A DNA stretch of 64,000 nucleotides, from NCBI RefSeq assembly GCF_963921235.1, contig NC_086097.1, positions 159,590,001 through 159,654,000 of the forward strand, written 5' to 3'. Position 1 is the stretch's first letter; each line of letters begins with the position of its first letter. The notes below the pieces were generated by a model, which did not search any database, was not told the DNA's origin, and saw only the letters and a program-made list of their open reading frames with translations. The stretch comes from Mobula hypostoma. Lineage: Eukaryota. This document shows, piece after piece, positions 47,719 through 59,521 of this stretch. A program made the translations under genes and the position numbers.

Positions 47719-50639
47719 TGCAAAAATTGCGAGACCCTAGCAGAGATATCTAAATCATCCTTAGCTACAGGTATGGTAACAGAGGATTGGAAGATAGCTG
47801 ATATTGTTCCATTGTTTAAGGAAGGCTCTTAAAAATAAACCAGGAAATTATAAAGGGATATACCTGACATCAGCAGTGGGAAAATTATTGGAATGTATTT
47901 TGGAGGACAGGATATATGAGTATTTGGATAGACGGGGACTAATTAGGGATAGTCAGCATGGCTTTGTTCATGGTAGGTCATGTCTAACCAATCTTAGAGT
48001 TTTTCAAGGAAGTTACCAGGAAAGTTGATGAATGTAAGATAGCAGATGTTGTCTAGGTGGTCTCTAGCAAGGTATTTGGTGAGGTCCTGCATGGTAGGTT
48101 GGTCAGGAAGGTTCAAAACTCAGCATTCAGGATGAGGTAATTGATTGGATTAGATATTGGCTTTGTGGGAGAAGCAAGAGAGTGGTAGTAGATGCCTGCC
48201 TCTCTGACTGGAGGCCTGTGACTAGTGGAGTGCCACTGGGATTGGTGCTGGGTCTGCTGTTGTTTATCATCTATGTCAATGATCCAGATGATAATGTGGT
48301 TAACTGGAACAACAATTTTAGAGATGACAACAGGAATGGGACTGTAGTGGATAGTGGGGAAGGTTATCATGGGATCTGGAGCAGCTGGAAAAATTAGCTG
48401 AAAAATGGCAGATGAAACTTAATGCAGACAAGTAGGAGGTATTGTTCTTTGGTAGGACCAACCAGGGTAGGTCTTGCACAGTGAATTGTAGGGCACTAAG
48501 GAGTACAGTAGAACAATGGGATCTGGGAGTATAGGTCCATAATTCATCGAGAGTGGCAGCACAGGTATATAGGGTCATAATGCAAGCTCTTGGCACATTA
48601 GTATCCAATCAAGTATTGAATACAGGAGATGAGATGTTATGCAGTAGTTGCTTAAAACTCTGGTGATGCCTAAATTGGAGTATAATGTGCAGTTTAGGTT
48701 GCCTATCTGCAGGAAGTATGTAAGTAAGTTTGAAAGAGGACAGAGAAAATGTAGAAAGATTTCACTAGGACTGGAGGAACTGAGTAATAGGGAAAGATTG
48801 GATAGGTTAGGATTCTACTTCTTGAAATGCAGAAGACTGAGGGGAGATTTGATAGAGTTATACGCAATTATGAGGGGTATAGCTCAGGTAAATGCAAGCA
48901 GGTTTTTACCACTGATGTTGGGTGGAACTACAACTAGAAGTCATAGGCTACAGGTGAAAGATGAAAAGTTTAAGGAAAACATGAGGGAAAGCTTCTTCAC
49001 TCAGAGGATCATGGGGGTGTGGAACATGCTACCAGCACAAATGGAGTATGTGAGCTCCGATTTCAATGTCTGAGACATTTGGATAGATCAATGGATGGCA
49101 GGGGTATGGATAGCTATGGTCTGGGTGCAGGTCAATGGGACTTTTCTATAACTCTAACTCCATAGACCTGTTTAAATTACTGGGTAGGGGAACAATGGAT
49201 ATGATGCAGGGAATATCTCTGATAGGAAGACACCAGGGTTACATTAGTGACTCCAGTGTTCATGAAGCTCTCTGGTTTATCAATCAATGGGGGCAACTAA
49301 AAGGAGAAAACAAAAGGGCACATTAAAGTTGTGAATTGCAGTCCAGAGACTGATGCTCAGCTTTAAAGGTGATGTATTTTAATTGAAATAGTCTCAAACT
49401 TCACTCTCAAACTCTCTCTCTCCATGCTTAGCTATTTTGCTAGATCAAAACTGACCTGGTTTTGAACAGGCAATCTTCCCAGTCTGATTAATATTATATA
49501 CATGGCTTTTCTTGCTGAAATGTCTGAGCATACTTCATAAAATGCATTACCTTTGAAGGGCCTGCTGTTACAATGGCTCAGTGAATCATTCAGATGAACT
49601 TGCTGAGCCTAGTTTGTTCATCTTAATGTTTCTAGAGTGTAGAAATTTATAGCTGATTTTTCTTACAAAAATTGGCATCTGCATATCTGATAGTTTGGCG
49701 CCTACTTGATGAATGAGTGCTGTCTGTAAACTGAAAGATTGCAGTTCCTAAAATATTTTTTAGAGGAAGAAGAACCAACTCATTAAGACAAGCAGAAAGA
49801 ATGACAAAGGCAGCTAGTTTCTGTAGAGTGATAAGGACTGTAGGGAATAATTTGTCTCACGTGCAGAAGTTTCAACACTTCCTTAATTTAAAGGCAGGTT
49901 TAAGATATAACAAATGAAAGGCTGGACAACAATCTTCCACTTTGTTAACAAGTGATAGAATTCATTACTTTAAATGAGTCATTACTTTCCATGATAATAT
50001 TTTCTTGTCATTAGGTGTTAATGATCATATCCTTCAGATCTTAGTTCAATTAACTACTTTCAATTTATTTAATTACCTTAAATTACTCTTTTTGCTGGTT
50101 GTATTATTAATTTTCTTCATCATATTCAGCTCTATCCAAGTTTTTAAAAACTGCTGGAAGTACCAGTTGTATTTCAGTTCATTCAATGTACACTTTTGTA
50201 TATCATTTTAGTTACAGATAATGGAAGTGACTTTATAATCCATGGATGAATCTCAGAAAGCATGATTACCGACACTTTACCAGATTACATCTTAGCATTT
50301 TTTCACAGTGTTCGATTTTGTATAATTATTGACAGCCACTGTCCACTCTGTAACATCTGCTTCTGTGCCAGAGGGTAGTGGATTTGAGTTTCACACCAGG
50401 GAGTAATGCAGGTAATCTAACGCTGACAGTACAGCACCAAAGTTGTGATTCACCACTGGTACCTCTTTTAAATTTAAAAAAATGACATTCTTTTGACCAA
50501 GCCCTGTCTGCCTTAACATGAAATTTAAAAATGCACGACATAATTCAAAGAATTGATGTTCCCACTAGCGTTTTAGTCATTATATATATTTCTTAACTGA
50601 TATCTGTTAAAAAGGAAAAACTTGACAGAGGAAAATAAT

Positions 50640-50995
50640 AAGGGACATAGACCGAGTGGACAGCAAGCAACTTTTTCCCAGCAATGGCTAATACCAGTGG
50701 ACATCTGTTTAAGGTGAGTGGAGGAAAGTTTAGGGGAAATGACCGAGAATGGTTTTTTTACACAGAAAATGGCGAATGCCTGTAATGCACTGCCTGGGAT
50801 GGTGCTAGAGTCTGATATAATTGGAACATTTAGGATACTCTAAGATAGGCAAATGTACAATATGTAAGAAGAATGGAGAATTATGGGCTGTATAGAAGGG
50901 AAGGGTTAGAGTGATTGTGTAGTAGGTTTATATAAGTTGGCATAACATCATGGGCTGAAGGGCCTGTACTTTGCTGTATTCGTCTATATTCTATG
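50640..50995 (+). mobile_element. CR1 LINE 3' end
   Basis: Homologous to 31610-32010. Confidence 0.75.
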
Positions 50996-51034
50996 AGGCG
51001 AATGTCAAGAGGTTTAGTTGTTTTTTTTTAGACC

Positions 51035-51416
51035 ATATATCAGAATGGGGAAGAAATGTGATCTAAGTGACTTTGACAATGGAATGATTGTTGGTGTCAA
51101 ACAGGGTAGTTTGAGTATCTCAGAAGCTGCCAGTCTCTCAGGATTTTCATGCACATTCTCCAGAGTTTGCAGAAAATGGTGCTAAAAGCAAAAATAAATC
51201 CGGTGAGTAGAAGCTACGTGAGTGAAAATGCCTTGTTAATAAGAGAGGTCAGAGGAGAATGACCTGACTGGTTCAAGCTGACAGGAAGGTATCGGTAACT
51301 CAGCAGCCACACATCACAACAGTGGTGTGCAGAAGAGCATCTGTCAGTACACAACATGTTGAACCTTGAAGTGGATGAGCTGCAGCAACAGAAGACCATG
51401 ACCATACACTGAGTGT
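51035..51416 (+). mobile_element. Tc1-like non-autonomous element fragment
   Basis: 'MGKKCDLSDFDNGMIVG..LSISEAA.LSGFS'. Ends CACTGAGTG-TA. Confidence 0.8.
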
Positions 51417-51707
51417 ACTCTATCATCACTAAAACCAAGTGCTCATGGATAGGCAGAAGTAGATTTCCATGATGACATATTGAAATTCCATTCACTAATA
51501 AGGATGAGCAGAAGAAATTAAGGAATTCCCAATGTGATTCCCCTTTTGTTGCATTTTGTTTTTTTGTTAGTTTTTCTTTTGCACATTGATTGTCAGTCTT
51601 TTTTATGTGTCATTTTTTCATAAATTCTACTGTATTTCTTTATTTTTCAGTAAATGCCTACAAGAAAATGCATCTCAAGGTAGTATATGGTAAGATAGAG
51701 AATACGT

Positions 51708-51881
51708 CAGTCAGTCGGTCAGTGGGTGCCGTCCCAAATCCGGGGTTGGCGGCTATGCACCTCCATCTTCTTCGATCTTGCGACAGAACCGAGTACAGCC
51801 TCTCTTCCAGTTTGTTCTCGCTGGCCGCCTTGGCATTGCTCGCCGCCGCCCCCGCTGAACTCAAGCCCGAGGCCATGTCAG
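51708..51881 (-). mobile_element. Short, young RTE-like LINE 3' fragment
   Basis: Minus-strand 'SQDRRRWRCIAANP' followed by a (GACT)n tail. Flanks GAATACGT and GAATATGT (7/8). Inserted in a Rex-type 3' UTR. Confidence 0.65.
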
Positions 51882-52745
51882 GAATATGTACTTTGATAAT
51901 AAATTTTACTTTTATTTTGACTCTCCTCACACCCTGTATCATTCAGACCCAGTGTTTGTTGTTCACGTGAAGGCAGCTTTGTCTTAGAGTGGCAATGCAA
52001 TTTACAAAGCTACTTGAAAGTGGGGTCATGTGCCCCTGTCCCCTTTCCTACCTATTAAGCAAGTTCCCTTTGCATCGTTGATTCTTAATCACACTTTCTT
52101 CCCCAACGTATACATATTTATGCATAATGGTCCTGGTCTTCCTTGTGTGATATTAGAGGCAGTATTAGCAAGTAAGACAGCAAAACAGGAAGCTTCTAAA
52201 CCAAAGTAATGCAGTAAGTGATAAAAATTGCTGTAATGCTCACAGCCATTTAAAGTTACAGCAAAAAATAATGTGAAGTTAATTTCCTTATCTTTGAAAT
52301 CTACCAGTATCTCGATAACCTATAGTCCTCAGTACTGGACAGATTGGAGTAATTGGATGTATAAATATCAGGTGTTATGACTTTAATTGATTCTGGGCAT
52401 CAAGAATGTCGGTGGACCCTTCTGGTCAGATTTAGTGCACAATGCAACTCAGTTTGCCCAGAGCTAAGATTCAGAATCATTTTCTTTTCATAATTTCTGC
52501 AGCCCAAACTGAATGAAATCACCGCAAGTCCATTTTGAAACTTCATCCAGGAAGATTAAAGAGTATCTGTGATCAGAATCACGCTCATTGTCTGGTCATG
52601 ATGATAGGTCATCACCTGAAGTATTAAGTTTGTTTCTCTCTCTACATACATTGTTTGGCTTAGTGAACTTTTCTAGTATTTTCTGATTCTGTTTCAATAT
52701 TTCCATCATGTTCATATTTTGCTTTCTGATGATTATGTAGATTAA

Positions 52746-53374
52746 CAGAATGGGAATGGGACGTGCAATTAAACTGTGTGGCCACTGGGAGATCCTGCTT
52801 TCTCTGGCGGACAGAGCGTACACCTATGTCCCATTCCCATTCTGATATGCCTGTCCACGGCCTCCTCTACTGTAAAGATGAAGCCACACTCAGGTTGGAG
52901 GAACAACGCCTTATATTCTGTCTGGGTAGCATCCAACCTGATGGCATGAACATTGACTTCTCTAACTTCCGCTAATGCCCCACCTCCACCTCATACCCCA
53001 TCCGTTATTTATTTATATACACACATTCTTTCTCTCTCTCTCTCTCTCCTTTTTCTCCCTCTGTCCCACTGACTATACCCCTTGCCCATCCTCTGGGTTT
53101 TTCTCCCCTCCCCGTTTTCCTTCTCCCTGGGATCCTCATGATCCTCTCATATCCCTTTTGCCAATCACCTGTCCAGCTCTTGGCTCCATCCCTCCCCCTC
53201 CTGTCTTCTCCTACCATTTTGGACCTCCCCCTCCCCCTCCCACTTTCAAATCTCTTACTAGCTCTTCCTTCAGTTAGTCCTGACGAAGGGTCTCGGCCTG
53301 AAACGTTGACTGTACCTCTTCCTAGAGATGCTGCCTGGCCTGCTGCATTCGCCAGCAACTTTGATGTGTGTTGC
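52746..53374 (+). mobile_element. Penelope-like terminal piece with 5' inversion
   Basis: 52746-52820 is the reverse complement of the segment seen at 57669-57744. 52828-53374 parallels 57728-58276. Hammerhead at 53276-53311. Confidence 0.9.
53276..53311 (+). ncRNA. Minimal hammerhead ribozyme motif
   Basis: agtc-CTGACGA-A-GGG-tctcgg-CCT-GAAA-CGTT-gact. Confidence 0.75.
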
Positions 53375-54993
53375 TCAGCCAGTAATGCTTCTTTTCTTAA
53401 GGAACATACACAATAAATGTACTGTATATTCCTTTAAACAAAACAAATACTTCATGTGAAAAGTGATCCATCAGTAACTAGCAAGGGAAGTTAAAAATAA
53501 TATGAAGTTAAAGAATGAAGCATTTCATCTTGCCAAGAAATAAGCGTAGAGAAGTTTCAACAGAATGTTGTTTAGATTAGAAAACATAAGTTATGGGGAG
53601 ATATTGGTAAGGCTGGCTTGGTTTCCATGGAATGACGGAGGTGGAGAGGTGACCTGATAGAAGTATATAAGATTCTGAGATATCTTTGTCCACTGTTACT
53701 AAGAACAAGGTATCATGGTTTTAAGAAACTGGTGGAATTTGATGCAATTACTAGATGTATTTGGACAGTCACTTAAGTAGGAAATGCATAGAATAATATG
53801 GTTCTAATATGGGCAAAGGCAATTAGTGTAGATGGGCTAAAAGTTTGGCATCGATATGGAATTAAGTGGTCCTTTTCTGTGCTGTATAACTCCATGACTC
53901 TATATTCACGCTGTTCAAGAAAGGATGGAGAAGAAAAGTAAGTGATTGTAGACCAGATAGATGATACCAATTATTGGAAAGTCGGAGTAAAGAAGACTAT
54001 GTGAAATTAAATCTAATGTATAGCAATGTAAAATTATTCAATTTAAGAAGAAAAAAATTAAAAGCATGATAATGCTTCAAAAAGTGAGAAAAATAATTGA
54101 TTTCGGAGGGACCTGGATGTTATTGTTAATGATCTCTAAAAGGACTGTATGAAGGTTTAATGACCATTTAGAAAAGCCAATGGTCTCTTAGACTTTATTG
54201 CAACGATATCACAGCATGAGCAGAAATAATTGTTTCTGTAAGATTATGCTGGAACACAGTCAGTGGGTTTGTCCTTCTATATATAAGAAACTCTTGAAGG
54301 AATTCAAAAAAGCCTCACTACATTGATTTCTAGCATACACATATCAGGAAGAGATATTGAGGAGTCTGGGCCTTTAGTTCCTAATATAAAAGGCAAAATA
54401 ACTCCACTGGCACATATAGTGTCTTCAAAGGGATTGATGGGTTAGGTGCTGGGACAATATTCAACTAAATAAAGAGTCAGTCATACTCCTAAAGTATTTG
54501 CCCATTTACTGCTGAAAGAAGGAGGAATTTAACTACTCATTAAGGTTATGCATTATCTAAGGTCAGTGCACTCGATCACTCTCTCAAAACAAGGATGGAC
54601 GGATTTTTGGATTCTAAGGATAGCAGATGAATTGATGATGGTGTGTGAGATGAAGTCAAGGCAGTATATCAGCTGGGACCTTCTAGGGTAGCACAATGGA
54701 CAAGAATTGATGGATCCATTCCCATTTCCTAAGCTCTTCATCTATTTAAAAATGAAAAATTATATACAGCTGAAACAGCATCTGCAATGCAGAAAATGTC
54801 ACTTCAAGGAAATAATGTAAATGCTAAGTTTAGGAAGAGTTTGGATGATTGATCAAAAAGATTATTGGAGAGCAAAGCTTTCAGAAAGATGAGAAATCAT
54901 CATCAAGATTTCAAGATTTGGGACCTCATGTATATGAGTACAAGCTTTAGAACATTGCGATACAGCTGTTTAAGATATTGGTGAGACCACATT

Positions 54994-55638
54994 ATCTCTG
55001 AGGAGCTGTCCTGGGCCAGCATATTATTGCAGCTACAAAGAAGCCATGACAGCAGTTATATTTCCTTAAGAGTTTGAAGAGATTTGGTATGTCACCAAAG
55101 ACACTCACAAATTTCTACAGATATACCGTGGAGGACATTCTAACTGGCTGCATTACAATCTGGAATGGGGGGCGGGTGGGTACTACACAGGATGAAAAAT
55201 GAGCTACAGAGAGTTGTAAACTTCGTCAGCTCCATCACGGGCACTAGATTCTGTGGAATTCAGGACATCTTCAAGGAGCAATGTGTCAAAAAGGCGGCAT
55301 CTATCATTAAGTACCCTTGTCACCCAGGACATGCCCTGTTGTAATTGCTGCATCAAGAAGTAGATACTGGAGCCTGAAGGCACGCATTTAATGATTCAGG
55401 AACAGCTTTTTCCCTCTGTCATCTGATTTCTGAATGGACATTGAACCCATGAACATGACCTCACTACATTTTAATTTTAATTTTTGCACTGCTTATTTAA
55501 TTTAACTATTTAATATATATATTATTAATGTAATTCACAGTTTTTTCTCTATTATTATGTATTGCATTGTACTGCTGCCTCAAAGACATCAAATTTCTTG
55601 ACATATGCCTGTGATATTAAACCTGATTCGCATTCTGA
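54994..55638 (+). mobile_element. Rex1/Babar 3' fragment
   Basis: Homologous to 6615-7272 and 60555-61235, with a decayed GATTCT tail. Confidence 0.82.
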
Positions 55639-55967
55639 CATTTAGTGTATTGCATGTAGTTCATTGTATCTAGCTATGTTTCTTGTCAGTGGTTTCCATT
55701 GTATTCCATCCATTACAGTGGATGTCATTAAGCTGAAAAGGGTACAGAATAAATTCACAAAGATCTAGTTGGGACAACATGGTTTGAGTTATAAAGAGAG
55801 GCTGGACAGGCTGGGTCTGTTTCTTCTCGAGCTAGGAGGTTGACCGTTGGCTTTCCACAGGTCTGTAAAATCATGAGGGCTTTGGATAAGTTGAATAATT
55901 ACAGGCAACACACATAAAAGTTGCTGGTGAACGCAACAGGCCAGGCAGCATCTCTAGGAAAAAGTAC

Positions 55968-56003
55968 AGTCAAAGTTTCGGGCCAAGACCCTTCATCAGG
56001 ACT
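55968..56003 (-). ncRNA. Minimal hammerhead ribozyme motif (inverted copy)
   Basis: Minus strand agtc-CTGATGA-A-GGG-tcttgg-CCC-GAAA-CTTT-gact. The triplet region is mutated. Confidence 0.65.
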
Positions 56004-56470
56004 AACTGAAAGAAGAGCTAGTAAGAGATTTGAAAGTGGGAGGGGGAGGGGGAGATCCAAAATGATAGGAGAAGACAGGAGGGGGCGGGATGGAGCCAAG
56101 AGCTGGACAGGTGATTGGCTAAAGGGATATGGGAGGATCATGGGACAGGAGGCCTGGGGAGAAAGAAAAGGTGGGGAGAGAAAACCCAGAGGATGGGCAA
56201 GAGGTATAGTCAGAGGGACAGAAGGAGAAAAAGGAGAGAGAGAGAAAGAATGTGTGTATATAAATAAATAAAAGATGGGGTACGAGGGGGAGGTGAGGCA
56301 TTAGCGGAAGTTTGAGAAGTCAATGTTCATGCCATCAGGTTGGATGCTACCTAGACGGAATATAAGGTGTTGTTCCTCCAACCCGAGTGTGGCTTCATCT
56401 TTACAGTAGAGGAGGCCGTGAATAGACCTATCAGAATGGGAATGGGAAAAGTTTCACGCTCTGAAACTTT

Positions 56471-57874
56471 TTGATGATTTTAAGTTCCCTGGCCCCCACT
56501 GCTTTATTTTCACCATGGATGTCCAGTCCCTATATACTTCCATCTCCCCATCAGGAAGGTCTCAAAGCTTTCCGCTTCTTTTTGGATTCCAGACCTAACC
56601 AGTTCCCCTCTACCACCACTCTGCTCCATCTAGCGGAATTAGACCTTACTCTTAATAATTTCTCCTTTGGCTCCTCCCACTTCCTCCAAACTGAAGGTGT
56701 AGCTATGGGCACTCGTATGGGTCCTAGCTATACCTGCCTTTTTGTTGGCTTTGTGGAACAATCTATTTTCCAAACCTATTCTGGTATCTGTCCCCCACTT
56801 TTCCTTCGCTACATCGATGACTGCATTGGCGCTGCTTCCTGCACGCATGCTGAGCTCGTTGACTTCATTAACTTTGCCTCCAACTTTCACCCTGCCCTCA
56901 AGTTTACCTGGTCCAACTCCGACACCTCCCTCCCCTTTCTAGATCTTTCTGTCTCTATCTCTGGAGACAGCTTATCTACTGATGTCTATTGTAAGCCTAC
57001 TGACTCTCACAGCTATCTGGACTATTCTTCTTTTCACCCTGTCTCTTGCAAAAATGCCATCCCCTTCTTGCAATTCCTTCGTCTCCTCCGCATCTGCTCT
57101 CAGGATGAGGCTTTTCATTCCAGGACGAGGGAGATGTCCTCCTTTTTTAAAGAAAGGGGCTTCCCTTCCTCCACCATCAACTCTGCTCTCAAATGCATCT
57201 CCCCCATTTCATGCACTTCTGCTCTCACTCCATCCTCCCGCCACCCCACTAGGAATAGGGTTCCCCTTGTCCTCACCTACCACCCCACCAGCCTCTGGGT
57301 CCAACATATTATTCTCCGTAACTTCCACCACCTCCAACAGGATCCCACCACTAAGCACATCTTTCCCTCCCCCCCCCCGCTTTCCGCAGAGATCGCTCTC
57401 TACGCAACTCCCTTGTCCATTCGTCCCCCTCCATCCCTCCCCACCGATCTCCCTCCTGGCATTTATCCTTGTAAGCGGAACAAGTGCTACACGTGCCCTT
57501 ACACTTTCTCCCTCACCACCATTCAGGGCCCTAGACAGTCCTTCCAGGTGAGGCGACACTTCACCTGTGAGTTGGCTGGGTTGATATACTGCGTCTGGCG
57601 CTCCCGATGCAGCCTTCTATATATTGGCAAGACCCAATGCAGACTGGGAGATCGTTTCGCTGAACACCTACGCTCTGTCCACCAGAGAAAGCAGGATCTC
57701 CCAGTGGCCACACATTTTAATTCCACGTCCCATTCCCATTCTGGTATGTCTATCCATGGCCTGCTCTACTGTAAAGATGAAGCCACACTCAGGTTGGAGG
57801 AACAATACCTTATATTCTGTCTGGGTAGCCTCCAACCTGATGGCATGAACATTGACTTCTCAAACTTCCGCTAA
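56471..57874 (+). pseudogene. Penelope-type RT + GIY-YIG endonuclease, N-terminally truncated
   Basis: 'GVAMGTRMGPSY', 'LRYIDD', 'LPFLD' and 'LIYC..SRCSLLYIGKT..RLGDRFAEH'. Frameshift near 56545 ('TMDVQSLYTSI' lies in another frame) and compensating shifts near 57370-57430. Confidence 0.92.
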
Positions 57875-58177
57875 TGCCCCACCTCCCCCTCGTACCCCAT
57901 CCATTATTTATTTATTTATATACACACATTCTGTTTCTCTCTCTCCTTTTTCTCCTTCTGTCCCTCTCACTATACCCCTTGCCCATCCTCTGGGTTTTTC
58001 CCCCCTCCCTCTTTTCTTTCTCCCTAGGTCTCCTGTCCCATGATCCTCTCATGTCCCTTTTGCCAATCACCTGTCCAGCTCTTGGCTCCATTCCTCCCCC
58101 TCCTGTCTTCTCCTATCATTTCAGATCTCCCCCTCCCCCTCCCACTTTCAAATCTCTTACTAGCTCTACTTTTAGTT

Positions 58178-58213
58178 ATTCCTGATGAAGGGTCTCAGCC
58201 CGAAACATCGACT
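58178..58213 (+). ncRNA. Minimal hammerhead ribozyme motif
   Basis: attc-CTGATGA-A-GGG-tctcag-CCC-GAAA-CATC-gact. Confidence 0.7.
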
Positions 58214-59521
58214 GTACCTCTTCCTAGAGATGCTGCCTGGCCTGCTGTGTTCACCAGCAACTTTTATGTCTGTTGCTTGAAATTCCAGCATCTGCAGATT
58301 TCCTTGTATTTGCGTTGAATAATTACAGTCTTTTTCCCAGGGTAAGGGTATCTAAATCTAAAGAGTGTAAGTTTAAGGTGAGAAGGGAAAGAATTAAATG
58401 GGATTTGAGGGGCAAGTTTTGCATATAGAGGGCGGTGAGAATATGGAACATGTGGAGATGGATATAATTAGAACATTTAAAAGACATATTGACAAGTACA
58501 TTACATAGATTGTAAAGGCTTAGAAGGATATGAGCTGGCCTTGTTTGAGGTGAACAAAGTGGATCAAAAGGCCTGTTTCTGTCTCTTGTAGCTCGTATTA
58601 CTCCATGGCTCTATGACTCTAATTGTTTGGTGACTGGTAAAAGGGAAAGTGAGTGGAGGCACCTGAATGTATATCCTTTATCTTTGGGGGTGAGGAAATC
58701 ATGAAATCCTCACTTTTGTTGCTAGTGATACAGGGAAGGGTTGGCCCAGGAATTTCAGGAATCTATGGCAGAAAATAATCAAGGAGTTTATCTTTGGTTA
58801 TCAAAATGGTTAAAGGTAAATAGCTAATCTCCACAGTTACAAAGAACAAGAAAGATGTCCTCCTCCAAAGTGACAGACCTATCTGTCTGAGTGTGCATGT
58901 TATCTGTCTGTGTCCTGACAGTTGATTACTGGATTGATTTGTGCAGGTAGGCCTATGTTAATGCTTCTTAGACTGGAGGATGTGAAGAAGGGAATCACAT
59001 CAGAAGGAATGACAGAATATAGAGCCAACAGAGACTTAATTTATTGCAAAGGAAGCCACAGTGGCGATGAAGAAATGAGCCACTGTAAAATGTGTCCTGG
59101 ACTGAAGGTAAATTCATTGATTTTTTTTTTGAAAATTTGCCTTGGGATCTTCCTCATCCACCACAAGAGACCAAACAGGAAGGTGGTTTAGTATCTTAAT
59201 CCAATTGTCTCAACTCTGACAATGCAGTTCTGCCTCAGTGAGGTACTGAAGTGACCACTTTGTAGAACTCATGTCACTGGGCTTAAGGACAGCTTGTTTC
59301 CTACTATCATAAGATCCCTGAATGGATTTATGGAGTCCATAAATAATGATGATGACGACGAGCTCTTCATCTCACTGTCGAGCTCAACGTGATCCTTGCA
59401 CCTGATCTGCCCACATGCACTCCACTTTCTTGATAACAATAACACAGATTCTGCAATCTGTTCTTATTTCCCCATTGTTTTGTATCAATTTATATATTTT
59501 ATTTATTTATATCAATTTATT

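Larger units (their letters stand above)
44500..49140 (+). mobile_element. Long decayed CR1 LINE (ORF1 remnant and ORF2 with APE deletion) carrying two nested insertions
   Basis: ORF1-like 'CEKCIKLQLL..IKELELEVDE' near 44720-44795. ORF2 segments 'GKWEAFKSEILRVQ', 'PGNY', 'SQHGF', 'GVP.G.VLG' and 'FFTQR'. Confidence 0.85.
55905..58313 (+). mobile_element. Penelope-like element with inverted terminal duplication
   Basis: 55905-56447 is an inverted copy of about 57730-58278. The body encodes RT and GIY-YIG. 15-bp TSD GTTGAATAATTACAG at 55890-55904 and 58314-58328 within a CR1 3' fragment. Confidence 0.95.
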
